Source: a virus (taxonomy: Duplodnaviria > Caudoviricetes). Taken from it: a stretch of 58,224 bases of DNA. Made by a program: the position numbers and the translations under genes. Every line of letters starts with the position of its first letter. Position 1 is the stretch's first letter. Positions 1 through 8,857 of this stretch are shown piece by piece. The notes beneath the pieces were generated by a model that saw only the letters and a list, made by a program, of their open reading frames with translations, did no database searches and was not told the origin of the DNA. The DNA is taken from the IMG/VR virus record IMGVR_UViG_3300036761_003285, positions 1 to 58,224 of that record; one strand, given 5' to 3'.

Positions 1-558
1 TCACTCGAAGGAGCTCCTGTTAGTGTGGGTGGTAGTTTCTACTGTCACCACAACCTCCTCACGTCACTTCGTCGCGGCCCTCGAGATGTAGGTGGAGTTT
101 TCTACTGTAACAACAACCTCCTCACGTCACTAGAAGGAGCTCCTGTTAGTGTAGGTGGAGATTTCTACTGTGACCACAACCACCTCACGTCACTCGAAGG
201 AGCTCCTGTTAGTGTAGGTGGTATTTTCTACTGTCACCACAACCAACTCACGTCACTAGAAGGAGCTCCTGTTAGTGTAGGTGGAGTTTTCTACTGTGAC
301 CACAACCACCTCACGTCACTCAGAGGAGCTCCTGTTAGTGTAGATGGAAGTTTCTTCTGTAGCCACAACCTCCTCACGTCACTAGAAGGAGCTCCTGTTA
401 GTGTAGGTGGAGTTTTCTACTGTGACCACAACCTCCTCACGTCACTCGAAGGAGCTCCTGTTAGTGTAGGTGGAGTTTTCTACTGTAACAACAACCACCT
501 CACGTCACTCAGAGGAGCTCCTGTTAGTGTAGGTGGTGGTTTCTACTGTGACCACAAC
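1..558 (+). repeat. Coding tandem repeat, 63-bp unit x9
   Basis: Units start at 1, 64, 127, 190, 253, 316, 379, 442, 505 (tcactNNNNgga...ctcacg). Confidence 0.95.
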
Positions 559-663
559 TCCGTCGAATTCACGGAAGCTGATATCAAACGAGCCATGGAA
601 CAGAGTAGACGTAGTAGTGTTGAAAGTGTGATAGATGGGCTGGTGGGGCAATGCCTGACGTAA
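1..663 (+). CDS. Leucine-rich repeat protein, copy 1 (5' truncated by window edge)
   Basis: Frame open from base 1 (SLEGAP...). Nine 21-aa units SLEGAPVSVGGxFxCxxNxLT fitting LxxLxLxxNxL; TAA at 661-663. Confidence 0.9.
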   Translation, partial: SLEGAPVSVGGSFYCHHNLLTSLRRGPRDVGGVFYCNNNLLTSLEGAPVSVGGDFYCDHNHLTSLEGAPVSVGGIFYCHHNQLTSLEGAPVSVGGVFYCDHNHLTSLRGAPVSVDGSFFCSHNLLTSLEGAPVSVGGVFYCDHNLLTSLEGAPVSVGGVFYCNNNHLTSLRGAPVSVGGGFYCDHNSVEFTEADIKRAMEQSRRSSVESVIDGLVGQCLT

Positions 664-1253
664 AGCCTTGCACGAGAGGGTCAGCAGCAGATTCGCTTCT
701 GGGTTGTGCTGCCATGAAGAAGGCATTGGAAGAAGCTGCCTTCACGGAAGAGGGATTTCCTCTCAAGCCAAAGTTTCCAAGTGCCACTGAAGTAGAGAAC
801 ATCTACAATCTTACAAAGGGGTACTCTCGACAGTTCTTCCCGATCATTCCTTACAAGCGACTCCTCACACAGGTTAGAGAACTCGATGAGATCCACGGGG
901 AAATCGCTGAACCGCAGAAACGATGGACCCCAAAGGTTGGAGTTCGCGCTTTTGTTGTACCATCAATCATTACCCAGCCGTTGACAAAGCTTGGAGTTGA
1001 AGATGTGCGAACGGCAGAGTTGCAAATCACTGTTCCTGATCTCATCAGTGCCGGTCTAGCTACGCAAAATCCTGATACTTACGAAGTGACTATGGTCGGA
1101 GGGATCGGTGATCACTTCTGGTATCACTACAAGGAGTACGAGATTGATACTTGTGTTCCTTCCGCATGGTGGGGTAATACAGACATTGCTCTCTACTTCC
1201 AGATGAAGGCTCATCTCTATCAGCCGCAGTCGGTTGATGTTGTAGGTCCATAA
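651..1253 (+). CDS. Putative neck/head-closure protein (T4 gp14-like)
   Basis: LTKLGVEDVRTAELQIT resembles the gp14 LSKFG..RDE motif; lies upstream of the terminator and sheath genes. Confidence 0.5.
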   Translation: MPDVKPCTRGSAADSLLGCAAMKKALEEAAFTEEGFPLKPKFPSATEVENIYNLTKGYSRQFFPIIPYKRLLTQVRELDEIHGEIAEPQKRWTPKVGVRAFVVPSIITQPLTKLGVEDVRTAELQITVPDLISAGLATQNPDTYEVTMVGGIGDHFWYHYKEYEIDTCVPSAWWGNTDIALYFQMKAHLYQPQSVDVVGP

Positions 1254-1335
1254 CTATCCAGTTGAACTCCTTTCCCTGAGTATAACTATTTGTACCATCA
1301 AACTAGTACTTGCTCACTAGTACGAGGCAGACAGT

Positions 1336-1782
1336 ATGTTCGGGTTCGAGACACAGTCAACTGATCACCGACCTCCTGAAACGACTGTGTCGTATGAGAA
1401 GAAAAAGCTTCCTACGATGCTGTTGCAGGCCGCCCGGGATCAGCTTATCTTTCGTATTCGGAATCGACTCGGATCCCTGCTCGTCACTGATGACATGAAG
1501 ATCATCTATCCTTTCTTGAAGGATCTGCCAAAGACACTCAAGGATTACATGTCTTGTCTCAAGGTTGATCAACAAGGCGAGCCCGGCGACTGCACAGTTG
1601 TTCTGGTGGTTGATAGGGCAAGGTTGGAGCGGCTTGGATACCCGGCGAATCTTGCAGACATTTTTGAGTACGGAAATCAGACGATGCCTCCGTGTACACA
1701 CATCCGCACAGTAAAAACCGGATTCAGCCATTTGGCTACATTGATGAAGAAGCGAGTGATGGCAGAATGCAAAAGTTCGTAG
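1336..1782 (+). CDS. Putative tail-completion/neck protein (HK97 gp10/Ne1-like)
   Basis: IFEYGNQTMPPCTHIR resembles the EYGT..MP.RPF motif; GAGG SD upstream; neck context. Confidence 0.45.
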   Translation: MFGFETQSTDHRPPETTVSYEKKKLPTMLLQAARDQLIFRIRNRLGSLLVTDDMKIIYPFLKDLPKTLKDYMSCLKVDQQGEPGDCTVVLVVDRARLERLGYPANLADIFEYGNQTMPPCTHIRTVKTGFSHLATLMKKRVMAECKSS

Positions 1783-2117
1783 AAAAGTACAAGTTGTGGC
1801 TCGACCGAGAGCTGAAAGCACTCAGGTGCTCCAGATGGCCTGAGGCTGCAATTCTGCTTTCTCGATTTCAGTGCCTTGAGTTGAGAGAATCTCTCTTTGG
1901 TGCTCTGGACCACTCAACCAAGCTGAACGCGGTTTTTGTTGAGTTCTCGAATGAGCGCCAGAATCTCCGTTGGTTGGAAAAGCTCGTTCATGAGAGTAGC
2001 AAGTGGAAGCTTCTCTTTGAGTCGACCATTCGGGCAACGCAGATGAGTCAAGAGGAGATAGTTGAGGCGCTTGTTGAATCTCAGATCGACATTGAATTTG
2101 CCGTGAACTTGTCATGA
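1767..2117 (+). CDS. Hypothetical protein, possibly virion-internal
   Basis: ATG at 1767 overlaps the end of the previous gene; stop overlaps the next ATG (ATGA); repeated (L/V)xES motifs. Confidence 0.55.
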   Translation: MQKFVEKYKLWLDRELKALRCSRWPEAAILLSRFQCLELRESLFGALDHSTKLNAVFVEFSNERQNLRWLEKLVHESSKWKLLFESTIRATQMSQEEIVEALVESQIDIEFAVNLS

Positions 2118-3205
2118 GTGAAGACGTACCAAAGCGCTACGTGCAGATGTTTGCAAACTATGATAAGTCCATGGTTCAGAAGGTCCACTCTCTTCAGCTA
2201 AGAACACAGGACGCGGCCAAGCAAGATGTCTACTACGGCATTCCTTCTGTGTTTGCCACACCAGAGCGGGCGTTTGCTCAGATCAGGAAGCAGATTGCGC
2301 GAAAGCGAGGTTTGCCTGAAGAAAAAGTTACAGCCTTCCCGCTTCCAATCGCTTCGATTGCTCGGCTTGAGCAGAAACTCGATCTGTCTAGATACGTGCG
2401 GTTCAATTTTTCGAGGCTCACGTGGATTCCAAACTGGCAGAAGTACTGGGGAATGGTGAGGCCGAGTCCGTGGGACATGATCTACCAGGTTGACATCTGG
2501 GCACGACATATTCACGAACTTGATGATCTCACGACGCAACTCGTCCTGTGGTTGAGAGCAGATGAGTTGTACCTGACTGTAGATCATCCAGTTCCGATGG
2601 GCCAGAGAATCGTGTTGACCCAGTTCATGGGAATGACTGATTCTTCCGGTCTTGATACCGGAACGGAGGAAAAACGAACCCTTCGTCGTACCTTTTCTTT
2701 CGTAGTACACGGTTGGATAGTTCATGACCCCACAGAAGTTACACTCATTGATCGAATCATTATCGACCTGTACGACAACATCGATGAACTGGATCCTACA
2801 TGGCTTGAGAGGATTGTCGTGCCGGAAAGCGAGAAAGGGAACCAGATGGGCTCGATAAATACGTCACTCTACGGCGTTTTGATTGTCGGTGTTGCTGAAG
2901 CCGGCAAGACGTACGGTAACTTTATCGTCCCTGCTACTGCTTCCATTACGGGCATGCAAGTTAACTGTCTCGGTCGAGTTCCGACAGGAAGTGATCTGAT
3001 CTTCAAGCTTGTCGTCAACGGGTCAGTGGACGATGATCGAAAGCTCACACTTATGGATGGGGAGCAGAAGGATTCAGTTATTTTTGGCTATCCACTTTCG
3101 GTCATGGCCGGTGACGTGTTGTCTGTTTATGTTTCACAAGTCGGGTCGACAGAGCCAGGGGATTGGCTTGAAGTGAGATTTGACGCATCGTTGTCTGTTA
3201 GTTAA
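2114..3205 (+). CDS. Tail terminator/sheath stabiliser (T4 gp15-like) with extra C-terminal beta domain
   Basis: PLPIASI and PSPWDMIYQVDIWARHIHELDDLTTQL motifs; directly precedes the sheath gene. Confidence 0.7.
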   Translation: MSEDVPKRYVQMFANYDKSMVQKVHSLQLRTQDAAKQDVYYGIPSVFATPERAFAQIRKQIARKRGLPEEKVTAFPLPIASIARLEQKLDLSRYVRFNFSRLTWIPNWQKYWGMVRPSPWDMIYQVDIWARHIHELDDLTTQLVLWLRADELYLTVDHPVPMGQRIVLTQFMGMTDSSGLDTGTEEKRTLRRTFSFVVHGWIVHDPTEVTLIDRIIIDLYDNIDELDPTWLERIVVPESEKGNQMGSINTSLYGVLIVGVAEAGKTYGNFIVPATASITGMQVNCLGRVPTGSDLIFKLVVNGSVDDDRKLTLMDGEQKDSVIFGYPLSVMAGDVLSVYVSQVGSTEPGDWLEVRFDASLSVS

Positions 3206-3225
3206 TCAAAAAGAAGGAGTTAGCC

Positions 3226-4731
3226 ATGGTAATCGTTAGTCCAGGTGTCTATAGCAGGGAAGTTGACTTGAGTTTGTACACCCCTCAGCTCGCAACGGCC
3301 ATCCTGGGTCTTATCGGGACCGCTTCAAAAGGTCCGGTGAATGAGGTCACTCTCATCACTGATGAGGGTCAACTCGTTGACACCTTTGGACCGCCTTCGG
3401 GGCAGCATTATGCCCTGTTTGCGGCAGTGCGGTTCCTGAGAAAAGGAAACCAGCTCAAGTTTGTCCGGGTGGCAGACTACGATATCGAGGCCACTGGTAC
3501 GATTAAGGACCAAACTCTCGCCGATGCCTTCTCGGTTCTGGCTGTGAGCTCCGGTTCTTGGGGGAACAACATCTCCTTACTGGTTGGTAGCGGAACCGAT
3601 GCGGGCACCTACAAGATTACCGTTCTCTACAACGGAATGTCTGCGGACGTGTATGACCTCTTGAAGGTCGGCCCGCTGAACGTTGATGACGTCAATTACA
3701 TCATGACCAGAATCAATGGTATCAGTGAGTACATCTCTGTGACGGCCCTTGCCAGTTCGACAACGCTCGACTCCGGGACGGTGACTCTTTCTGGTGGCGA
3801 TGACGGGGCACCCGCACAGGTTTCTGACTACATCGGCAGTGTTGGTGATCCGCCGACGATTCCAGCAACGGGATTGCAGCTGTTTGCTAATCCCGAGACT
3901 GAGGACGTCAACGTCATTGCAGTGCCAGGAATCAGTCACCGCTCGGTGATCTCCGCCATGCAGACGTTGTGCGAGAGCAGAGCAGACTGCATCTACATTA
4001 CTGCTCCGCCGTATGGCAAGACAGTGAAGCAGGCAGTGGCTTGGATGAACGGTCTTGGTGGCGGTCCTGAAGATCCCCTCACGTCGATCAACAGTTCCTA
4101 CGGAGCAGTGTTCTATCCGTGGATCAAAGTTTATGATGGTTACAGTGACTCCGAAGTCTGGATTCCACCTGATGGTCACGTTGCGGGTGCGATTGCCTTC
4201 ACTGACTTCGTGGCCGATCCGTGGTGGGCGATACTGGGCCTGAACAGAGGCCTCCTCAGTGACGCCCTCAATGTCGAGTACTCCGCTACTCAGGGCGAGC
4301 GAGACTACATGTACTCGAATGGCAACTCATTGAATCCAATCATCAACATGGCCGGCCAGGGAATTGTCATCTGGGGCCAGCGCACAGCCCAGCGACAGCC
4401 GACGGCTCTTGATCGCATCAACGTCCGCCGCTTGCTGCTGTACATGCGGAAGGCAATCGCAACGGCGACGCTGTCGCTTGTTGGTGAGCCTAACGATGAG
4501 GACACTTGGTCCCGTTTCCGCCTCCTGGTCAGTCCGATCATGGAGGAAATCAGAGGTCGCCGGGGCATCACTGACTATCAGGTCGTGTGCGACGAAACTA
4601 CGAACACTGCGGCCCGGCGTAACCGGAACGAGATGTATGCGAAGGTCATGTTCAAGCCCACCAAGACTGCGGAGATGATCCAGCTTGACTTCGTTATTCT
4701 CAACCAGCAGACCAGCTTCAGTGAGCTGTAG
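3226..4731 (+). CDS. Contractile tail sheath protein (gp18-like)
   Basis: SPGVYSREVDLS start; YYPW-like FYPWIKV; IWGQRT; DRINVRRLL; AAGGAG SD. Confidence 0.97.
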   Translation: MVIVSPGVYSREVDLSLYTPQLATAILGLIGTASKGPVNEVTLITDEGQLVDTFGPPSGQHYALFAAVRFLRKGNQLKFVRVADYDIEATGTIKDQTLADAFSVLAVSSGSWGNNISLLVGSGTDAGTYKITVLYNGMSADVYDLLKVGPLNVDDVNYIMTRINGISEYISVTALASSTTLDSGTVTLSGGDDGAPAQVSDYIGSVGDPPTIPATGLQLFANPETEDVNVIAVPGISHRSVISAMQTLCESRADCIYITAPPYGKTVKQAVAWMNGLGGGPEDPLTSINSSYGAVFYPWIKVYDGYSDSEVWIPPDGHVAGAIAFTDFVADPWWAILGLNRGLLSDALNVEYSATQGERDYMYSNGNSLNPIINMAGQGIVIWGQRTAQRQPTALDRINVRRLLLYMRKAIATATLSLVGEPNDEDTWSRFRLLVSPIMEEIRGRRGITDYQVVCDETTNTAARRNRNEMYAKVMFKPTKTAEMIQLDFVILNQQTSFSEL

Positions 4732-4763
4732 AAGGTTGTCTAACACACTAGGAGGAACAAGAT

Positions 4764-5360
4764 ATGCCGGAATTCATAAGTGCGGATCACATAGCAGCCC
4801 AAAACGGTGCGTTCGAGCCCCAGCGGAAGAACAATTTTACGCTGGTGATTGCGATCGACCAGAACAGGCTGCTCCAGCGGTCGTTGGACTCGTTTCCGCT
4901 TCCGAAGGAAGCAAACGAGGAGGTGGCTGTAAACTATGCAAATGAGGTCAGGAAGGTCGCCGGCAGGGCGGTGTTCGAGAATCTCGAGCTCGTCCTTAAG
5001 GACTTTGCCGATCAAGGTATCGGGCAATTGCTGATCGCCTGGAGACGGCAAGTGTATGATCCTTCTAACGGAAAGATCGGGCTGGCGAAGGACTACAAGA
5101 AGAGCGGGGAGGTCGTCATGTTTGCTCCGGACGGCACCTTGCAGAGGACCTGGACTCTCATTGGCTGCTGGCCGAGCAAGCTCGACCCCGGGGGCGGGGA
5201 TATGAACGCCAACGAGAACAACAAGATCTCGTGCACTCTTACGATCGACAAAGCAATCCCAGGCAAGGCTGGTTCGAAGAGCTCGTCTTCCAGCGGGCAG
5301 CAATTTGGTGGAAACACGGCCAGAGGGTCGTTGGTTGGACAGGGTTCAATTCTGGCCTAA
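4764..5360 (+). CDS. Tail tube protein (gp19-like)
   Basis: FEPQRKNNF, KDYKK, WTLIGCWPS motifs; follows sheath; AGGAGG SD. Confidence 0.92.
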   Translation: MPEFISADHIAAQNGAFEPQRKNNFTLVIAIDQNRLLQRSLDSFPLPKEANEEVAVNYANEVRKVAGRAVFENLELVLKDFADQGIGQLLIAWRRQVYDPSNGKIGLAKDYKKSGEVVMFAPDGTLQRTWTLIGCWPSKLDPGGGDMNANENNKISCTLTIDKAIPGKAGSKSSSSSGQQFGGNTARGSLVGQGSILA

Positions 5361-5387
5361 GTACGAAACACGGAAGGAGGCTGAACC

Positions 5388-6185
5388 ATGGCACAGGAGA
5401 AAACCTCGGCGCCTGCCGCGGCGAAGGAGTTGCCTAAAGGTGCAGCAACACGTAGTCCTTACTCGATGGAGGTAACTCTGCCGAGTAGAGGCAAGTTCTA
5501 CGGAAACGCTCTTCCTGACGGAAAGGTCTGGATTCGTCCGATCACCGTCGCAGAAGAGAAATTGTTTGCCAGCAACACGAACGCAACGGATATTGCGGAC
5601 AGAGTGCTCGCCAGGTGTATTGAGTCAGAGTGCATTTCTCTTCAGGAAATGCTTCAGACTGACAAGTACTACCTTCTTCTGACTCTGCGCTCTCTGAGTT
5701 ACGGGTCAGATTACCCGCATAAGATCAAGTGCCGATGCGGGAAAGAGTACGTCCATAAGATGACAGTTCCTGATGGGCTGATGCTCAAGATGGCGACAGA
5801 GACTGACGTCGAGCCGTTCGAGGTCGACCTGCCGATGGTGAAGAAGAAGGTGACATTACGGTTCCTTCGAGGCAAGGACGAAGACCTAGTTGACCAGTAC
5901 ATCGCGCAACTCGAAGGAGCAAATGCAAATGATGGCGATCCGGGGTATGGGTATCGTCTGTCTTTACATATCGTCGCGATCGACGGTGCTGAGCCCAGTA
6001 GTCTCGAGCGACTTCGCTTTGTTGAAAGCATGCATGGCAGAGACTCTCAGACGATCCGTCGGGCGATAAGCGTAAGAGAGACAGGCGTCGATCTAACCTT
6101 GAAGGCAGTTTGTCCCTTCTGTCAGGCAGAGTTCGAAACGCTCCTGACTCTGACCCGCGAGTTTTTTCGCCCGAACGTTTCCTAG
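5388..6185 (+). CDS. Baseplate hub assembly/tail assembly chaperone (T4 gp26-like)
   Basis: LPSRGKFY, IRPITVAEEK, LRSLSYG, CxC and CPFC motifs; ends ...EFFRP. Confidence 0.8.
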   Translation: MAQEKTSAPAAAKELPKGAATRSPYSMEVTLPSRGKFYGNALPDGKVWIRPITVAEEKLFASNTNATDIADRVLARCIESECISLQEMLQTDKYYLLLTLRSLSYGSDYPHKIKCRCGKEYVHKMTVPDGLMLKMATETDVEPFEVDLPMVKKKVTLRFLRGKDEDLVDQYIAQLEGANANDGDPGYGYRLSLHIVAIDGAEPSSLERLRFVESMHGRDSQTIRRAISVRETGVDLTLKAVCPFCQAEFETLLTLTREFFRPNVS

Positions 6186-6408
6186 CGGTCGTGAGTTTCT
6201 GACTGCTCGGTACAAGCGTCAGTTGGCGTTGGCGATCGGAGGAAACGTGACAATCACCGAGTCATCAGCGATGACCATTCCTGAGTTCGAGCACTTCGAA
6301 CGTGCTTTCAACGAGTTGATGGAAGAGGCAAGAAAGGCTCAGGCAAAGTCAGGTTCGTACGACGCACCTTCGATGCCGGGAACGCTCGGTAGGGCGAGGA
6401 TTCACTGA
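6154..6408 (+). CDS. Second chaperone segment (gp51/GT-like), probably reached by frameshift
   Basis: +1 frame is open from 6154 across GAG TTT TTT C and has no SD-linked start; stop overlaps the tape measure ATG. Confidence 0.6.
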   Translation, partial: PASFFARTFPSGREFLTARYKRQLALAIGGNVTITESSAMTIPEFEHFERAFNELMEEARKAQAKSGSYDAPSMPGTLGRARIH

Positions 6409-7919
6409 TGGCTGAAGAACTTCTAACTGAGCAGATCTTTAGGGCAAAGTTTGACGACCAAGTAACAGGTCCGGCCCAAGAGGCTGTTGACAAAGCGAGG
6501 AAGATGTTTGAAGACTTGGCCTCTTCAATGAAGGCAGAGATCAATTCTGTGCGAGGTGGGGCAGAAGGCGGTCCAAAGTTGTCAGGTACATTCAGAGCAG
6601 AAGTCACGCCCGGGGCTGCAACAACAGCGTCAGCTTCAATTGGGATGACTGATGATTTTCGAATATCAATGATCTACCTCGGTAAGGCTCTTCTCGGAAT
6701 AGTCCAACTTCTCAGAAAGGCTGAGGGGAAAAAGAAACCAGAGGAAGAAGGGGGTACTCTTGCTGAAAAGACAAGGAGATGGGCCGGATTCAAGGAACTG
6801 GCAAGATCTTTCAAAGATGAGATGCACAAGAATTTTTCTCTCATCAAGGGATTCTTGGTCGGTACAATACTGGGCCCGGCAATAGAGGAGTTCTTTGCGT
6901 TTCTTGAGCCTGTTATCACACCATTCATCGAGATGTTTAGGTCACTGATCCGTCATCCTGAGGTGAGAAAGTTCTTGGACTGGATCACCATAAAATCACA
7001 AGAGGCGGCTCGTTCGCTTACTCGAGTATTCGGCCTTTGGATTGAGAAGCATGTTCCGAGGATCACGAAGTGGCTTCAAGCTGAGCTTCCCCGTTGGTGG
7101 GATGAGTTCATCGCTCGTTGGAAGATTCGCGGCAAAGAAATACTGGATTGGATTTCAAACTTTTACGAGAGGTGGATCAAGCCTGTTGTTAAGGCTTTTC
7201 AGGACATGAGCAAAGTTCAGATTGGGGGACAATCACTGGCGGCCTGGATTTTCGATATTGGTATTGCACTCTTTATCATCGGGCAACTCTTTGGGTGGAT
7301 GCTTCCTCTGGTTATGATGTTAGGAAGTGGGCTAGGCTGGCTGTTCCGTTCAGCGCTGATACCATTGGTTCGGTTTCTGTTCTTGACACCCTGGGGTTTA
7401 TTGATTGCGGGATTGTTGGCACTCGGATGGGCAATTCACAAACTCGTTCCTGGAGAGGATTTTCTGGTGAAGTTGAAGAACGCTGGACTGATCATCTGGG
7501 ACTACTGGAGTTGGTTATTCACGAATCTAGGCGGATTCATTGCACACTGGGCAAAAGGGTTGTGGGGGCGGATTACTGGCCGCGGCGGTGAGACAGGAGA
7601 ATACAAGTGGACAAAAAGGGAGTGGGAGCATCTTCCGATTGAGAAGAAGGGCGGTGGCCTTACAGCTGAAGGCGCTGCGGCTGCGATCCCGATCGAGCCG
7701 ACTCTTGAAGGAATGGCTCCTGAGTGGTTAAAGGGTATGTTGCCCGGAGCTACCCCTTCCGTCTCGGGTGCAGAAGGGTCGTCAGCAGGAAGAGTGGAAG
7801 ATCTGCTTTTGAACATCAATAACACACTGAAGGGCGGATTCACGGATACTGCTGACGCGCTTGTTGGCGGCGGAAAAGATCTTGATTTCGGAATGGATCT
7901 TGATTGGAACCCTGCATGA
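6408..7919 (+). CDS. Putative tape measure protein
   Basis: Position after chaperones; helical Trp-periodic and hydrophobic Gly/Leu segments. Confidence 0.7.
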   Translation: MAEELLTEQIFRAKFDDQVTGPAQEAVDKARKMFEDLASSMKAEINSVRGGAEGGPKLSGTFRAEVTPGAATTASASIGMTDDFRISMIYLGKALLGIVQLLRKAEGKKKPEEEGGTLAEKTRRWAGFKELARSFKDEMHKNFSLIKGFLVGTILGPAIEEFFAFLEPVITPFIEMFRSLIRHPEVRKFLDWITIKSQEAARSLTRVFGLWIEKHVPRITKWLQAELPRWWDEFIARWKIRGKEILDWISNFYERWIKPVVKAFQDMSKVQIGGQSLAAWIFDIGIALFIIGQLFGWMLPLVMMLGSGLGWLFRSALIPLVRFLFLTPWGLLIAGLLALGWAIHKLVPGEDFLVKLKNAGLIIWDYWSWLFTNLGGFIAHWAKGLWGRITGRGGETGEYKWTKREWEHLPIEKKGGGLTAEGAAAAIPIEPTLEGMAPEWLKGMLPGATPSVSGAEGSSAGRVEDLLLNINNTLKGGFTDTADALVGGGKDLDFGMDLDWNPA

Positions 7920-8476
7920 ATGACAACACAGCAGGTTCAGCAAGGTTGCGAATCAGCGCAAAGGGGATAACCCTCGACTTTGAACTCGAGCAAGGGTTCA
8001 GTGATGGGTACGAGAATCGCTTTGAGGTTCCTGGAGAGACCAAGCAGAGGGCGTCGAATCCGAAAGGTTATGACTGGCGGGGCGGCAAGTTCAAGCCGAT
8101 GCGAGTTGAGATCAATCTTGTCGTGGGTGTGCAGAACGCAATTCAAACTCCGGAGAAGCTCAAAGAAGTCGTTCTGGCCTTTTTCAAGATCGCTCTTCCC
8201 GACAACGTTGAGACTATTCGAACACCGGTTACTGTTCAGGTAGGATCTTGGTTTAGTAGAATCGGATACATCGTAGATTTGACTGTGAAGTGGGACGAGC
8301 CATATGATATTGATACCGGGATGCCTTACCGAGCCAATGTTCAGTTTGAGTTCATCGCTGACTTCTACAACAAGGAGTCAGATCTAACTCTTGACAAGAA
8401 TCCAAAGTCGGCAGATTTTGACTTCCAGTTTATAGGCAAGGCGCGAGGAGGGGGGACGCCCGCCGCGTCTTGGTAA
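7916..8476 (+). CDS. Baseplate tube initiator (gp48/gp54-like)
   Basis: Tube-fold pattern (PVTVQVG...IVDLTVKWD...GMPYRANVQFEF); position after tape measure; ATG at 7916. Confidence 0.65.
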   Translation: MNDNTAGSARLRISAKGITLDFELEQGFSDGYENRFEVPGETKQRASNPKGYDWRGGKFKPMRVEINLVVGVQNAIQTPEKLKEVVLAFFKIALPDNVETIRTPVTVQVGSWFSRIGYIVDLTVKWDEPYDIDTGMPYRANVQFEFIADFYNKESDLTLDKNPKSADFDFQFIGKARGGGTPAASW

Positions 8477-8488
8477 GGAGCCCGGTAA

Positions 8489-8857
8489 ATGATCAAGCAT
8501 CTTGAAAAACGAGTTGTTGTTGACAACAGGTACGCACTGACTGATATTCATGTTGACGATTTCGTGGGCCCCGGCCGTCGCCGCTATGGCTTGTGGAAGG
8601 CTCCGGCGATCAAGACACTTCCAGAGCTCCCTCTGAGCGAAGGTACGTACTTTAGGTACACAATCACTGCTGCAGATATCGGACGAATTGATCTCATTGC
8701 TTGGAGACACTATCAGGACGTGAATCTCTGGTGGGTCATTGCCCGGTGTAACGGGATTGCGAACCCGTTTGAGGATTTGGTCATAGGGCGGGTTCTTCTG
8801 ATTCCATACAAAGCGCTGGTGGTACAGGCCATCGAGCAAGGTAGAACTTTCGTATGA
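8489..8857 (+). CDS. LysM-type baseplate wedge protein (gp53-like)
   Basis: RIDLIAWRHY...LWWVIARCNGIANPF...LLIP. Confidence 0.88.
   Translation: MIKHLEKRVVVDNRYALTDIHVDDFVGPGRRRYGLWKAPAIKTLPELPLSEGTYFRYTITAADIGRIDLIAWRHYQDVNLWWVIARCNGIANPFEDLVIGRVLLIPYKALVVQAIEQGRTFV

Noticed and set aside
1-558. Regular repeats as a CRISPR array
   Set aside because: Units are contiguous, 63 bp, in frame and coding, with no unique spacers and no cas genes.
6183-6185. Stop-codon reassignment or TAG readthrough
   Set aside because: TAG, TGA and TAA all end conserved genes at expected lengths, and the downstream segment is in another frame.
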